A stretch of 64,000 nt of DNA from Glaucostegus cemiculus (Eukaryota), in contig CDPCPM010000301.1 in the NCBI GenBank assembly GCA_976551045.1, positions 2,294,001 through 2,358,000 of the forward strand, given 5' to 3'. Shown piece by piece: positions 63,928-64,000 of this stretch; the first letter of the stretch is position 1; every line of letters begins with the position of its first letter. The notes under the pieces were generated by a model. The model was not told the origin of the DNA. It saw only the letters and a program-made list of their open reading frames with translations, and searched no databases. The translations under genes were made by a program, and so were the position numbers.

Positions 63928-64000
63928 CTATACAAATGAAAGAAAATTTGTTGTGTTAGAAAAGCAGATTATTAAAATAACTAAATATGAATTGCCTTAA

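Overview
Eukaryotic genomic DNA, most likely from a cartilaginous fish (ray or shark, inferred from the repeat repertoire). The whole window lies inside one minus-strand axonemal dynein heavy chain gene that best matches DNAH17. I traced 23 consecutive GT-AG exons (63927 down to 3477) with consistent phases. They join into 3900 nt / 1300 codons with no stop, covering AAA2, AAA3, AAA4 and the stalk with its microtubule-binding domain. Both gene ends lie outside the window. The introns are packed with transposons: CR1 LINEs (one young copy with about 760 stop-free codons that the ORF track missed), Rex1/Babar LINEs, RTE, Penelope-derived hairpin elements with decayed hammerhead cores, V-SINEs, a Gypsy-type solo LTR with a 4-bp TSD, and a decayed LTR retroelement with a tRNA-Ser primer-binding site. 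Almost all short ORFs in the track are exon read-throughs or transposon shadows. I found no convincing new protein-coding system. The best leads are nested inverted repeats bracketing in-frame exon blocks, the Ser-PBS retroelement, the hammerhead-type hairpins and a 5'-inverted RTE. Family assignments come from recalled motifs, not database searches, and most repeat boundaries are approximate.
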